Shown piece after piece: positions 1 to 15,299 of a stretch of 64,000 bases of DNA. Both the position numbers and the translations under genes were made by a program. Each line of letters starts with the position of its first letter. The stretch's first letter is position 1. Origin of the DNA: Schmidtea polychroa (taxonomy: Eukaryota); NCBI GenBank assembly GCA_044892525.1, contig CM097885.1, forward strand, positions 3,350,001-3,414,000, given 5' to 3'. The notes under the pieces were generated by a model. It was not told the origin of the DNA, did not search any database, and saw nothing but the letters and a program-made list of their open reading frames with translations.

Positions 1-276
<276 letters not shown>

Positions 277-3200
277 ATGATATTGTCATATCCCGATAGG
301 CACCTCCATATGCCATGGGATAAATAATTCCTCAGAAAGTCGCTGTAGTCCCTATTATTGATCTCATTGAACAACATTTTTGAATCGATCAATTTATTTG
401 TTGACAATTCTTCATTTATTATTTTTTCAAATTCTACGAGAATTTTTTGGTAAATTTTTTCCTTTAATGAATAATCAAATTTTGTGTGAATGTTGATTTG
501 GAATATTTCATCGATTAGATCAATGATTGATCCGATTTTACGGTTGATTGCATATCGATTACAATCGATCTGCAATCGGTAGAGTAAACAATTCCAATAA
601 TCAATTCAAACAAACCGAATTTTCTGGTGCTGCACTTTCACAAGGATTTGTGGCGATTTTATCATTAAAATCTTCAGTGAAATTCCCCGATTGGCCAATC
701 GGATCCTAAACGCAAATCAAATATATATTTAGCGCAATTCTATTGGATCAAATTAAAGAAATACCTATTTCATATTTTACCACGTGACAGTCAATAAAAC
801 CGCATATAATATTACAAAATAATGAATAATTTATATTATAATAATATCTACAACATATCAAAAGCTAATATTTTTATAAATATATATTTTCTTATTGTTA
901 AAAAAGTATTTTTAAATATTGAAACACGCCATTTTGTATAGAATTTCTCTCTCATGTCAATGGCATACAACTTTACATAGCCAATTGTGTATATGCCGAC
1001 AAAACCGCAGAAAATCGAGAACTGAGAGAAGAGAACCTACTATTGAAATTGAAATCGACAATCTTGAAGGAACCTTGTTCACCCCTCCAGATGAAAGAAT
1101 CGATCTAGCGCGTTCACAGATTGGGACATTGTCGAGACAGCCAGGTTCACTGAAAGTAATAATACAAGAGTAGTCACAGGCATTGTATCAGGTATATACC
1201 AAACGGAGTTGGAAACGCGGGTCACCGGTCTGGTATTAGCAGAAGGAATAATATATTGCATACCCTTCATCTGACATTGACGTCGGAGATTATGTTATCC
1301 GCCTCTTGCGCAGGATGTTCGTCACTGGTAACCACCGCATCGATCCAACCTTTTTCGATCCCTCCAGTTTCTATTCCATTTATTGACCTCAGTAGCTCGA
1401 CCCCAGTTCCTCCAAGCGTCAAGCCCAATAGGCAAAGCCTTTCGCGTTCCGATCTAAATGCAAAGAAGCAAAAAAGGAAGGACATAGCATAGCGCAAGTT
1501 ATTCTCAGATCTTGTTCCACCCGAGTTGGATCTGGAGGTGGCGGAGTTGAGATTTACCCTATCTGCCGGATGTCAACGTCTTTGAATTAGACGACCTATT
1601 GTACAACATAGAAAAAAAGTGACCGTTGACTGGCCTAACTTTGATCAACGAGTGAAGATATTCATTATTTTTGTCTACAATAATAATATGAATTGAATGG
1701 TTTTCAAGTTGTTGTATTTTTTTTGATAGTTAAATATGAGTATAATAATCTCCATCCCTAGATTTCCGTTGTTACTAGTACGTGACAAATACAGAATTTC
1801 ACTTTACGAACGAACCTTCATCAACCAGTGTTGGGATTTGGTAGATAACTGACTCACTTCCAAGGATATCTTTGACGTAAGACTTTCTATTGGCAGTCGC
1901 GAACCCGATTGAGAGTATGGGAGAGAGTAGTTTTAAGGCAGAAGCTCACCTGTCTCCTGACTCTCAACGGCAGTATACATCAATAACATGACAGGTGTCA
2001 TGGGTACATTGGTCGAATAGTCACAAATCATGGTCGGTACTAAAAGCCGATACAACCCACACATATGTTTCCTGTTAATCAGATCTTGTTTCCTTTTACA
2101 ATTTTAGTTCTTGAAACGCCAACATAATTGGGACTTGCACTGGGTATCATAAGGTTTACGCTATTAACTTTTTTTGTAAATTATCCAACAAAAATTATTT
2201 TTATATCCGTACTTAAACGCGAAAGGTGATCGGATTAAAAAATAAAAAAAAGAAATATAAGAATATAATACATATAATAATAGAATGCAGCACATACCTT
2301 AAAGTTATCTATAATATATTTCATATAGTCACTACCTCACTGAGTTCCTACAAAATACTATAATGTTTATTGGGGCTCATGTTTGGCTTTAAATTTTACT
2401 GTGTTTAGATAGAATTCGTTTTGAAACACGCGGAATCCACGAATAATAATTTTGATATTATTTGAGAATTATTACTGAATTTTAAATATGCAACATCTTT
2501 GAACTCCGGGACGTCGGTAATTACAACGAGAGTTTCTTTTGCATTTTCTGTACTTTTCGTTTAAAAAAATAAAAATTTATCACCATCTAAAAGAAATAAA
2601 GTGTCTAGAAGGAAAGAAGAAAAAACGATTTGTATACGGAGATATTTGATTGCTTTACTGCACACATTACTTATAACATATTTTATCAGACAAATTAAGA
2701 AAGGAAATAATAAATTATATTACAATAATTATTAATTTAAAATAATTTTCCTGGAAATCGATCAAAATGTTGAGGTTCTAAAAGTAAATTATTAAATTAT
2801 ATAGTTCAGATTAAAAGGAAAACCGAAATTGAATGGCGGTCAAGCAGAGAAGCAATGGCAAAGAAAGATATGATTAAAATAGAACTATAAAAGGGTACAA
2901 TCAGACATGAAATGGAAAAATGCGCAAACCTGAGGAAGTGGAATAAAGTGAAAAGTTATCGAAATTGAATCTAGAAAACGGGAGAGGGGTAGATTAGGGG
3001 ATGGTGAAGAAGACAGTGAGCAAGAAATTGTTAGAAAATGTTTAGAAAGGGTCCTAAAACAGACAAATGTGAAAAAACGTAAGATATTAATTAATTAATT
3101 AATTGGCTAATGGGAAACCCGAGCTAATGGGAAACCCGAGCTAATGGGAAACCCGAGCTAATAGGAAACCCGAGCCAATGGAGAACCCGATCGATGAAGA

Positions 3201-5100
3201 AAACCCGAGCGCGGCAATTTGGAAGGATAAACAAATGGGGAATTCAGAGAGCAATTATCCAAACAGCCAGATAAACGAGGGTAAACAAAAGAAGGAGAAT
3301 TAGGAAGAGGGTCAACAGAAATAGCTAATTAGGGAATTATAACTAAGGAAGTCAAAACCAATTAGGTCAAAAATAGGGCAATTACAACGATTATGGGAGT
3401 ATATAAGGAAACTCAAAATTCACATAATCGGCTACAGCCTTAGGTAGGGAAGAAGAAAAAGACATTAGGAGTTAGAGGAATAGAATAGAAGAAGAAAAAG
3501 AATTATAGGAAAAACTGAAGAGTTGGAGTTGTAAATTTTTATAAAACAAATATACGTTGGGAGTTTGTGTTTATTGATTTTGGAACACGCGGAGTCAGAG
3601 TAACCAACGGTTGATTTTGATATCATAAAATCAAACAAAAATAAAACTTGAAATTTTCCTTGAATTTTTTTTTCATATCTTGGGGATTAATTGATGGCCT
3701 TTGTGAGTGACATCTGGTGCATATCGCCCTGTTTGACGAATGAATTAATTGTGAATAAATGATTGTTTGATTAAATGTATGATGTAATGGGTTGATGTAA
3801 TTGTTCAAATATTTTTATGTAGTACTTTTATGTAGCATCCCTTATTATGGCAATGGAAACCTCATTGGAAATATAATGATCATAGGAAGCCATTTACCTG
3901 CCAAGGATATTCTATTTTGACATCACCACTTGAGGATATTGAAGCTATTTCTTGTAACTTCTCAATAATCTCCATTCTCTGATCGTCAGATATGATGATT
4001 TGCAATAAATCAAGCAAACGCACTAGGAAACTTGGCCGACATTCATTTATGGAGATGACTTTATCAAATTTTAACCTCAATGCTTCCATCGTGTCGCCTG
4101 AAAGCATGCCAGACTTGCTATCAATGTCGAGTTCTTTTGAAATATAAAATTAATATTATTTCACACGAATCCATCATTGACAATACCTGATTTTAAATAA
4201 GACAAATCAAAGTTTTCTCTAGCATCTTCAAAGCCCGATCGTAAGGATTCGTTCGACAAATCAAGAGACTGAAAATAAGAAACAGTTGAAAACAACAGTG
4301 CTGAAAAGCATTAATAAATATGAAACAAAATATTGATGGATAGTCTAGAAAAGAAATGAAAAGTTCATGAAAGGCTAGATTTTATTTCTTAAATACATTT
4401 TGTTTCTCCTGGACAGACTTTATCTATTACTCTCATAATATAATCATTTATCATCAATACTTAACCACATACCTTTGCATTTCTTCACCATTTTTCTTCG
4501 CCATCATAAAGCTTATATGATCTAAAGAGTTTTTATAAACAGTTTCTATAAACCGTTCCTTTAAACAGTTCAAAGAGTTCCTACAAAGAGTTCATATAAA
4601 GAGTTCCTACAAAGAATTGCTACAGAGTTCCTACAAAGAATTGCTACAAAAAGTTCCTACAAAGTGTTACTACAAAGAGTTCCTACAAAGAGTTCCTAAA
4701 AGGAATTCCTATAAAGAGTTGCTACAGAGTTCCTACAAAGAATTGCTACAAAGAGTTCCTACAAAGTGTTACTACAAAGAGTTAGTACAGAGTTCTTACA
4801 AAGAGTTCCTACAAAGAGTTCCTACAAAGAGTTCCTACAAAGAGTTCCTACAAAGAGTTACTACAAAAAGTTACTACTTATTAGTAAAGAAAATCTGAAT
4901 ACTCTAATAATAAAATAAAAATATATACAAACCAATCCATTACAATTTCGATCTCTTACGCCAGAATTATTCAATTTGTTAACTTTGCACTCTAAATCAC
5001 TTAATGCTTTCTTTACCTTCTCTTTGAATATCTCCATTTTGTCCATAGAATCCTTCATTTCCATGATATCTCTTTTTATACTTCCAACTTTCTTGGACTA
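277..5100 (-). CDS. Probable exons of a multi-exon host gene, product unknown (approx. 277-706, 3898-4135, 4187-4268, 4473-4521, 4935-5100)
   Basis: Open coding-like blocks with minus-strand splice signals such as TTTCAG|...AAATCAG|GTATTG, TTTAG|...GCAAAG|GTATGT and TGGCAG|GTAAAT; no recognisable domain; outer boundaries approximate. Confidence 0.45.
3107..3210 (+). repeat. 17-bp tandem repeat GCTAATGGGAAACCCGA, about 5-6 copies, in a purine-rich repeat remnant
   Basis: Units visible directly. Confidence 0.85.
4525..4878 (+). repeat. Minisatellite of about 14 bp (CAAAGAGTTCCTAC-like)
   Basis: Tandem degenerate units; explains the repetitive ORF at 4617-4898. Confidence 0.9.
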
Positions 5101-5157
5101 GGTAAAAATAAATTCGAATAAATTTTCATTTATAATAGAATTAAAACGTTTGATATA

Positions 5158-7330
5158 CATTTGATTCCGCTTAATTGGGACACCGACTAATTTGAACACC
5201 GCTTAATTGGGACACCGGTTAATTGGGACACCGGTTAATTGGGACACCGGTTAATTGGGACACCGGTTAATTGGGACACCGGTTAATTGGACACCGCTTA
5301 ATTGGGACACCGGTTAATTGGGACACCGGTTAATTGGGACACCAGTTAACTGGGACACCGGTTAATTGGAACACCGGTTAATTGGGACACTGCTTTATTT
5401 GGACACCGGTTAATTGGGACACTGCTTAATTGGGACACAGCTTAATTGGGACACCGCTTAATTGGGACACAGCTTAGTTGGGACACCGCTTAATTGGGAC
5501 ACCCCTTAGTTGGGACACCGCTTAATTGGGACACCGGTTAATTGGGACACCGGTTAATTGGGACACCGGTTAATTGGGACACCGTTTAATGGGACACAGC
5601 TTAATTGAAACACCGGTTAATTTGGACACCGGTTAATTGGGACACCGGTTAATTGGGACACCGGTTAATTGATACACCGGTTAATTGGGACACCGGTTAT
5701 TTGGGACACCGGTTAATTGGAACACCGGTTAATTGGGACACCGGTTAATTGGTATACCGGTTAATTGGGACACCGCTTAGTTGGGACACCGCTTAATTGG
5801 GACACTGCTTAGTTGGGACACCGCTTAATTGGGACACCGTTTAATTGGGACACCGGTTAATTTGGACACCGGTTAATTGGGACACCGTTTAATTGGGACA
5901 CCGTTTAATTGGGACACAGCTTAATTGAAACACCGGTTAATTGGGACACCGGTTAATTGGGACACCGGTTAATTGGAACACCGGTTAATTGGGACACCGG
6001 TTAATTGGGACACCGGTTAATTGGGACACCGGTTAATTGGGACACCAGTTAATTGGGACACCGGTTAATTGGGACACCGTTTAATTGAAACACCGCTTAA
6101 TTTGGACACCGGTTAATTGGGACACCGGTTAATTGGGACACCAGTTAACTGGGACACCGGTTAATTGGAACACCGGTTAATTGGGACACTGCTTTATTTG
6201 GACACCGGTTAATTGGGACACTGCTTAATTGGGACACAGCTTAATTGGGACACCGCTTAATTGGGACACAGCTTAGTTGGGACACCGCTTAATTGGGACA
6301 CCCCTTAGTTGGGACACCGCTTAATTGGGACACCGGTTAATTGGGACACTGCTTAATTTGGACACCGGTTAATTGAAACACCGCTTAATTGAAACACCGC
6401 TTAATTTGGACACCGTTAATTGGGACACAGCTCAATTGGAACACCGGTTAATTGGGACACAGCTTAATTGAAACACCGGTTAATTTAGACACCAGTTAAT
6501 TGGGACACCGGTTAATTGGGACACCGCTTAATTGGGACACCGGTTAATTGGGACACCGGTTAATTGGGACACCGGTTAATTGGGACACAGCTTAATTGAA
6601 ACACCGTTTAAATGGGACACCGGTTAATTGAAACACCGGTTAATTTGGACACCGGTTAATTGGGACACAGCTTAATTGAAACACCGCTTAATTGAAACAC
6701 CGCTTAATTTGGACACCGGTTAATTGGGACACAGCTCAATTGGAACACCGGTTAATTGGGACACAGCTTAATTGAAACACCGGTTAATTTAGACACCAGT
6801 TAATTGGGACACCGGTTGATTGGGACACCGCTTAATTGGAACACCGGTTAATTGGTACACCGGTTAATTGGGACACAGCTTAATTGAAACACCGTTTAAT
6901 TGGGACACCGGTTAGTGTGACACAGGTTATTTGGGCCATATCCCAGAGAACAGAAACAAACAACGTAAATAGTAGTAGTTTTTTTCTGATATCTTGAACA
7001 CAATTCAGTTTAATTGGGTCAGTGAATTAAAAATATAAAATTATGTATGTACTTGTAAATTTTTCGATTAATCTTTGGTGCACAAGAACATTAAAACAAC
7101 ACCAAACAAAATTTTCATAACATCGATTGTGAATTTTCTGTTTCTTTCGGGGTTTATCAAAATCTTTGATTTTCAAATCACCTTTATTTGAATTTACAGT
7201 GATTACTCTTGAATTCTTAAAATAACACTTCTGTTTTTAATTTTACCCTATACTTCATTTATTAGAGCCAGCCGCTTATTTGTGACAAAATATTTACGCC
7301 CAAAATATTCCATTTAAGAGGCATAGACTG
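5158..7330. mobile_element. Non-autonomous pogo/Tigger-like DNA transposon containing an expanded satellite
   Basis: TA-flanked imperfect TIRs: TA|CATTTGATTCCGCTTAATTGGGA on the left versus TA|CAGTCTATGCCTCTTAAATGGAA (reverse complement of the right end). Confidence 0.6.
5168..6913 (+). repeat. 16-bp satellite (GGGACACCGGTTAATT)n, about 110 units
   Basis: Head-to-tail units with no unique spacers. Confidence 0.97.
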
Positions 7331-7561
7331 TACTAATATATTTTAATATGCATAATCGATGATTTAGTCATCTTATGACGTCAGTGGCATTCCAGATTAT
7401 AATTTAGCAAATTTTACACGGAAATAATTAAGGTTATTATAATGTTTCTCATTTATTAGTATGAACTTTGTATTTACTATTGTTAATATTTCATTTAATG
7501 ATATTAATTTTTCACTTTGAAATAATATAAGGTTTCCGATCTACTTAATAATGGTTGCAAT

Positions 7562-7965
7562 CAGTGATTTTTTCTGTAAAAAATGTGCCGGAACGTATCT
7601 GTACTATCCTTTATATGCAAAAAATGACACTGAAATTAGCTAACAAATAAAATAATTATGCAGGACACAAAATATACACTTAATACCGACGACAGGAAAC
7701 GACTTTGATGAAGTAGTATGTTAATGGCGTATACTTACCGTGAGCGTGTTTTATATTATAGTAATAACACATGGGAAACACGGAATTATGATTCACTCGC
7801 TTTGGCGTACGACTACTACTTTTAATTTGATTGAAATTGACAATTTGAAATGTCAGAAATAGAAATATGACAAAAAATCAAAACATATGTCAATTTTTTA
7901 AAATCTTTCAGCAAAAAATGGTGCTGGAATGCCGTTCCGGAGCGTTCCGTCAGAAAAAAGCACTG
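7562..7965. mobile_element. hAT-type MITE, 404 bp
   Basis: 15-bp TIRs CAGTGATTTTTTCTG / CAGAAAAAAGCACTG (1 mismatch) and a perfect 8-bp TSD GTTGCAAT at 7554-7561 and 7966-7973. Confidence 0.9.
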
Positions 7966-8709
7966 GTTGCAATCATTTTAAATATTGTTAATAATTGTTA
8001 AATAATTAATAACTCAAACTCTGTAGATATGACCTAGAATGCAAGTAATAATGGGAGACAACAGATCGAAATGGACTGGACGATTGCAAGAGGAATTTGA
8101 GTGGATCCTTTAATAATTAATATCGTAAATAAAAAAAGATATCGTAATAAACTGAATTGCTCGGCAGATATGCACATCCAATTATCAACAATATAACCAG
8201 ATATAACAAAGATTTGAAAGGTAAATTTAATTTTTTTATATTATTAATCAACAATCGAATGAATTTATTTCATTTTTTGTATGATTGTTATTTTTTTTAA
8301 TAAATACTATAATTTTCTGTAATACTATAGCTCATATAAATATTCCCGATATTAAAATTCTAAGACTTTGTAAATAGGTTTCCGTCAAAAATTTGAAATC
8401 AAAAAGGGTGCTGCGGTGAAAAAAACTTTAATTAATAAAAAATTATTCCTCCCATTAAATCTTCATAAAAATTACTGAAAAACAATAAATTTAAATTAAA
8501 AAAATATTTTATACAAAAATTAAAATAAATATATTTTCTTTTAAAAGTTGAAATTGTCATGGAACTTTCATGGAATGCAGAAACTGTATTTTAAACGTAA
8601 TCTTAAAACACTTATATTTTTAAAATTTCTATAGTAATCTGGTTACTAATATGGTTTTTTTGTGTTTAAATTCATGAGTAGTTTTAACCCCATGACTTAT
8701 AACTGTTTG

Positions 8710-9243
8710 TTATTTTGTTATATATATATATATACGTCTAAGACACATCAGAAGAATTTCTTTGCAATTAATCTCGCACGCTTCATTTGTACAAAACCAT
8801 TGTTTGTTAAACCATTTATCGTGTCCAATAACTTGAGATTGAGCCATGATTGAATTTGAAACATTGGATAATTGTTCAACACTTCGGCTAATAAACATCG
8901 GAGTTGTTTTGATCTTTTTAAGAGCTCGATTGAATAGAATATCATATTCATAAGTTAGCAAGTTTATCTTTTTATCGCTCATGTCATAAATGGTTTCAGA
9001 TAATTTACAAATATTTTTAAATCTTTGGGGAAATTTCATAAACATATCTTGGAGTTCTTCTGTCATTTCATGATTTACAGAAATTAAATCGTTGATTTCC
9101 AATCATTTTGAAAATCTTCCATTAATAATTTGCAACGATCTTGCTGAGCCACGATCACATGGACAAGTTTCACTGCTGAAAAGACATCTCTTCGCCATAT
9201 TGCTCATTGAAATACGACATATCAAACATTCATTATCTTCCAT
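8710..9243 (-). pseudogene. Frameshifted ORF with a degenerate Cys-rich (RING-like) start, downstream of a GCGCACACAGACGCG repeat block
   Basis: MEDNECLICR...TCPCDR frame followed by the 130-aa ORF in another frame. Confidence 0.3.
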
Positions 9244-10359
9244 ATTTCACTAAGATCGAAAATTCGAAAACAACCCGAATTACCAAAATTATAAATCAAT
9301 TCTAAAAAACTTCCAGAATTCGAATCATATTTCTAAAATCGATAGAACCATATATTTTCAAAAGAACAGGAATTCAAATCCAACAATCAATTTCTGGAAA
9401 ACACAAAGCCACAAAGCAAAATTCAAATCAATCAAATCTGAAAAAATAATATTCACACTTGTCCGCGTCTGTGGCGCACACAAGTAAATCCAAAAAGGTA
9501 AAAATCGCACACAGACGCGAGATAAACTAATAATTTGACAATTGTCTGCGTCAGTGTGCGCACACAAATCAAACCCTAAAAAACAGGTAAAAAGCGCACA
9601 CAGACGCGCGACCCGATAATCAACCGTATTTCGAGTGTTATATATTTAAAGTTATGCCACGTGATTAATTTTACAAACTAGTGTTATTTTCTAAATTGCT
9701 TGGTAGGAATATTAGCTTTGTATAATTTTTTCTAATAAATAAAATATTTATATCTAAGAGCTCAGGGACGACCCTAGTGCATGCGGGGCCCAAAGTAGCA
9801 AACGATGAGCGAGACCCATGCAAAAAATTGCATTTCTACATATATTAAAATAATGGGAAGTAAAAAATTAAATTACTTAAATTTTTATTCTATAACAGCG
9901 TTGACACATCAATAATTACAGTTTTATTCATTTAACTGAAGATCATAAAACTCAAAAAAAATTAATAATTAAAATGTTTTGTTTTGGCATGCAAATTGAC
10001 AGTTCATTATAAACTATATACACTATAGCGTTATACACTATCTTCTACTTCCACCTTGTTTTTACAACTTACTAAAGACCTATCCTGCTACTGAAGCAAA
10101 AAAACTTTTTAATTTGTTTCTAGAGCTGTTATAAAAATAAAAAAAAGTCTGATTTTATAGTTTCAACTAGTTTGGAAATTTTTTGTACTTGTTTTCAGTT
10201 GGTTCAGTTTTCTTATACGAACAAGTGAATTCTTCGTGTTTTTTATACAGTAAAAATAATGTTAAGTCAAAGAGCGGTGCCCAAGTTGGTTGCCTTGTTC
10301 GCCTTGCCCTAGAGTCGGCCATGTAAGGACTCATCATGAGTAATAAAAAATCAAAAATT

Positions 10360-13300
10360 ACCATTTTAATTATGATTGAGAAGAATTTCTATTCATTATG
10401 AATAAAGATAAAGTGTACTTGTTCAATTTGCAGTTTGATAGTAGCTTTACCGAAAAGGAGCAATTTAAAGTGGTACTTTGTTATTGCATATTCAAAGTTT
10501 AATCCGAAATCTCCGGAAAGAGAATTTGAACTAAAAAGATTGAAAACATCTTTAAATATTCAGGAATTTATACTTAAAAAAATGTTTCAGTAAATCTAAA
10601 TCAGCAACTATCGCATCTCTATATGTGAGTTGGCTATTCATACAGAATAAAACCCGTTTACAGATAATGAAATATTTAAGGAAGCCTTTTTGGCGGCTGG
10701 TGATAGTTTATTCGAAAACTTAAAAATTAAAAAGAAGATTGTTGACGCCATCAAAAAAATGCAACTCTCGAGACACTCTGTAACCAGACGAGTTGAAACC
10801 GTAGCAATTGATCTATGATCCAAACTTAAACTCGATTTTGAAAATTGTGATTGGTTTTTACTTCAATTTGATGAATATACTGACAGTTCTGATATGTCCC
10901 AATTAAGCATATTTGTAAGATTGTATTTCAAGATTCAGCAGTAAATTCTTTCAGTAAAAAAGAACTAGAGAAGAGGACGTCTACAATGTTTTGCAAGGCT
11001 TCATAATATCCGAATATATTCCACTAATGAAACTCATATCTAGTACTATAGATGGAGCTCCTTCTATATGGTAGGTTGCGAAAATAGATGTTTAGCTCTT
11101 GTTAAAAGGGACTATGATTTTTCTAACATAATTTCTTACCATTGCATTATTCACTAACAATCACTATGCGGAAAAATGTTGAACCTCAATGATGTTATGG
11201 AAACAACTGTAAAAATAATTAATTACATTCAAGCAAAGGCAAAGAAGACAGTTTCAATCACTTTTAGAGAGTGCGGATGCACAGTGTTAGATGACAGCGG
11301 CAGGCCCAGCAGCACATTTGTACTAACAAGCAATTATAGGACTGGGCAAAATAAATTCAGAGTGAATGTGTGCAGTGAGAGTCAATAAAAGCCAAACAAA
11401 TCAACCAAATCCCATCAACAATGTATTTGACTTAATTATATCATGACAATTCCATAATTTGTGATCTATATGGCATTGCAGACAATTTATGATTTATTTG
11501 ATATTTTAATGACAATTGTATTGTATGTGACAATTTTTGGAGAATGGGATTATTACATGTATAATAAAGAATATTACAAAAAAAATTACTATGTACGGGG
11601 GAATACGGCAATCAAAAAAAATATAATAAATATTTTGAATAATCAATAAATATTTCTCAACATTAGATTTTCTCAATGTGGATTTTGTCTAAAAGAAAAA
11701 AAATAAACCTTTGAATAAACATTGCTAATGGGATTTAGCATTTTGAATTTCAAATAAATATATAAATTTCTTAAACAAACAAAAATTTCTCGACTATAAA
11801 TAAAAGTAAATAAAATTTATTAAAAGGAGAGTTTGCAGACTATAAATCAGTAATTTCCAAGTGAACTTAAAAAAGGCAGTGCCGAAAATTCGCGAGTATC
11901 AACAAACATCGATATATTACTGATTTATAGCCTTCAATCTCTCTTTTTAATAAATTCAATGGAAAAAATAATCAATGGTGAAATTGGAAGAAATAAAAGT
12001 TCTTATAAAAGTAAATTAATTTATAAATATTTTCAAAATAAATATTTATCTAGTATCTAAGCACTTAAGAAATTTTATATAAATAGCGTTCACAAATTCA
12101 GTTCAATCACCCAAAAAAAGTCTTATTTTAGATTAAAAAGTTTGAGAGTAAATCTCCAAAAATTTTCAAAAATAAAATAAAAGACAGTATGAGATCAACC
12201 ATCTCAGGTTTATAATACTTTTGCACGCATTATACAACAAGCACCCACTGTCAAGTAACACAAAATATACACACGCACTATTTGGTAAATAATTTTTGTC
12301 ATTTTAGGTGAATATCTTTTTTATTTATAATAAACATTTATATATATATAATAACCAGTATGTTGAGAATTTCAAATAGTGATACCTCAACAACAGTATG
12401 GAAATTGGCTTATACACAATGCAGTAAGATGGTTGAACAAAGGAGTAATATTAGAAAGATTTTGCAAGTTGCCGCCGCATATAAAAGATATTCTGCTTGA
12501 AGGAAATGACCCGAATGCAGCACTACTTCAAGATAAGATATGGTTGCAAAAACTAGCATTTCTAACGGATATAACGTCAAAATTGAACGGTACATATAAA
12601 ACAAAATTGGAAATGTGGATAGCCCAATTAAATAAAGAAGATCTGAAACACTTTTCAAATCTTAGAGATGAAATTGGTTCAAACATAGAAGTTTATAATT
12701 ATTGTAGTGTATTGTTATTTCTATTTTTATCATTTTACGTGAAATTGTAACTACAATTTGTAGTGTGTTCTTATTTTGCCAACCTTTTCGTTAAAAATAT
12801 TAAAAATAATAAAAAAACTATATAGTGAATTATCATTATAGAAAATAAAAAATAAAAAAAAATAAAAAAAATCGATAGACAAATTAACAACTGAAAATAT
12901 CAGAAACGAATTTAATAAATTAAACAGTAGATTACAGAAGTAAATTTTAGAAATTGAACGGAAGATCACAGAAACAAATTACAAAATCAGAAAAACATTA
13001 AAATTAATTATTAGATCCCGGCCACAAAACATTAAAAATTATCCTCAATTAATTTCCGACCAACTTAGAAGTAAATCAGTTAAAAAAGGTTTTTTATTTT
13101 TGTATTGTTTAAAAAACGTTATAAAAGCAGAGTTAGTTTCGTTGTATATTAGACGTTCATTTAAGAGAGGCTATTACTGTGGTCATAATTATACTAAGTC
13201 TGGACTTAAATTTTACATGGCCTTAATTATAATATTATTAGGTGATGAATGTTATTACTGTGGCCCTTAAGTTCAAAAAAACTTGGCCATTAAATAAATA

Positions 13301-14592
13301 GAAAAATGGTCTTCAATATTTTTACTTCGGTCATTAAATGATTAAAGTATTGATAAAAAATATATAAATAGAGGATGCCGCTTAATGTAATCACAGCGAG
13401 AAGGGGGTCAACTGGTCGAATGATGACTGGTCGAAACTCGATAGATCAAAAAATGGATCTTAGACTGTCTACAGGAAGAATTTCAACCCGTTGCACAAGA
13501 AAGTCAAACTGGTCAAATCTTTTCAATCTATTGTGTTTTTAATTTCAATCTGAATTTTGATCTATCTTAATTCGACCAGTTGTACCTTTTCAATCACAGT
13601 TAATGTTATTATGTTGGCTATTGTTATCACTTTTCTGATAAAATTATGCCCCAAAAGTTTTTTTTGCTTTATTATCATTGGTTGATGTTATCAGTTTGAC
13701 TCTGTCCCAAAGTGATCATATTAAGCAGCTTCCACTGCAATGGAGTTTGTAGAAACAATGATCGCTATAACAATAACCACTTCCATCAAGGAGGTCTTGA
13801 TTTTTAAGCAAATAAGGGTTGTTTAATGTCATCAGTGAAGTAAGTTCTATTGCAAATGACAAAAATGTATTTCATGAATTTATTCAGGCTATAAATGCAT
13901 AATAAAACAAATTATAGAATTAAAACAAACGTTGATACTAGTGCAATTTAATAATTTAATATTTTTACAAATAAATTTCATAAACATTTTAATAAAGATT
14001 TTCCCCAAAGTAATAATATTAAGGGCTAGTACGTGGTAATATGCTGAGTAATTTAATTAATGTCCTCTGTAATTAATTTAAAGGCCAAAGTTAGTAAAAT
14101 GAATTCCAAAATTTAATTTAAATATGGGCAAACTAATATTACCCATTCAATTAATATTTATTTTTCTAATATTGCGTATTATATTTTTATCACACACAAG
14201 CACCACAGCAGTCCTGAAACAAGTTTTAAAGGAGACTCTGCTGTGTTCTCACAAACTTTCTATAACACACCTAATAATCACAATTAACAATAGTTATGAT
14301 GAGTTTGGTAATAAGTTACGAGAAATTTGGCATAAATTTTAACACAGATTTACAGAATTTCAAAAGCTTCGGCTGATTGTTTGTTTATCCTGAAATCAGT
14401 AGAAAACTTGATCTATGGAAATATATCAGCAATGAAAGATATATACTTTTGAAAGATCCCTATCATAGAATACGTTCTTGGTTTGGGTTTACATATTATA
14501 TAAAATCAAAATATCGCATACGGTTGACTGATAAACATTTGTACGACTGCTTACGCTTAGCTATCAGCAATTATGAACCGAAATTCTTATGA
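10360..14592 (+). pseudogene. Fragmented hAT transposase (SPIN/GTF2IRD2-like), split by insertions
   Basis: Motifs in order across frames: LSRHSVTRRV, QFDEYTD..DMSQLSIFVR, DGAPS, YHCIIH, HNAVRWLNKG, WLQKLAFLTDIT, IKSKYRIRLTDKHLYDCLRL. Confidence 0.85.
13370..13737. mobile_element. Degenerate Tigger-like MITE with a nested TIR element at about 13400-13590
   Basis: Outer GCCGCTTAATGTAATCAC / GTGATCATATTAAGCAGC; inner CAACTGGTCGAA / TTCGACCAGTTG inverted pairs. Confidence 0.5.
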
Positions 14593-15299
14593 ATATTTAA
14601 ATGAATTTTAACTCAAAAATAATTCTTACGATGATATTTAGTGATTTTCATGACAATTTAGCATAGTTTTTTTAAAATTTGATTTAAAAACATTTTCAGC
14701 GATCTTTTTCCCTCAAAATTGTCTAGAATAAAGTTATTATAGAAACGTATCTCAGCGGCGCATTTCTATATATCGAAAGTTTGCATGTGTTTTTTAATAA
14801 GTGTTGTGTTTGTGTGCAGGATTTAATTTTTCTATCACTTTCAGATTTCGATAGTGTAAGGGGTATCTCTTTGCACTATTAATGAGAACATCATCGTAAA
14901 ATCAAAGCAAGTATGTTTGTTTCTATAATGTAAGATTATTGATTTTTCTGATATTATAGGAAACGTATGTGAGTGGTTTCTGGTGTGTAATTCTCATACT
15001 CTCCATTGGTTGGGCAACTCATTTATATATACCTCGCGATTGCTTATTATATTTCATTAATGTACATTATTAATAATGCCTATGAGCCGGAATATTTATG
15101 ATTATGATTTTTAAACATTTTTGGGTTACATTTTTAAGTTTTCTTTATAAGGTTTTCTTATGACATTTTATATGGCCATTACATATTTAGAGTTATTTCA
15201 TGTATGTACTTTCATTTCAATGTCATTTGCAGTTTGTTTATCATATTTCTATTTGAATCTACATATTATTTTAGACATTTTCTTCTTCTTTCTTGATGA

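Noticed and set aside
1050..2150. Possible retroelement pol remnant
   Set aside because: Higher GC and coding-like, but I could read no convincing motif
5168..6913. CRISPR-like array
   Set aside because: Contiguous 16-bp units with no unique spacers, no cas genes and a eukaryotic context
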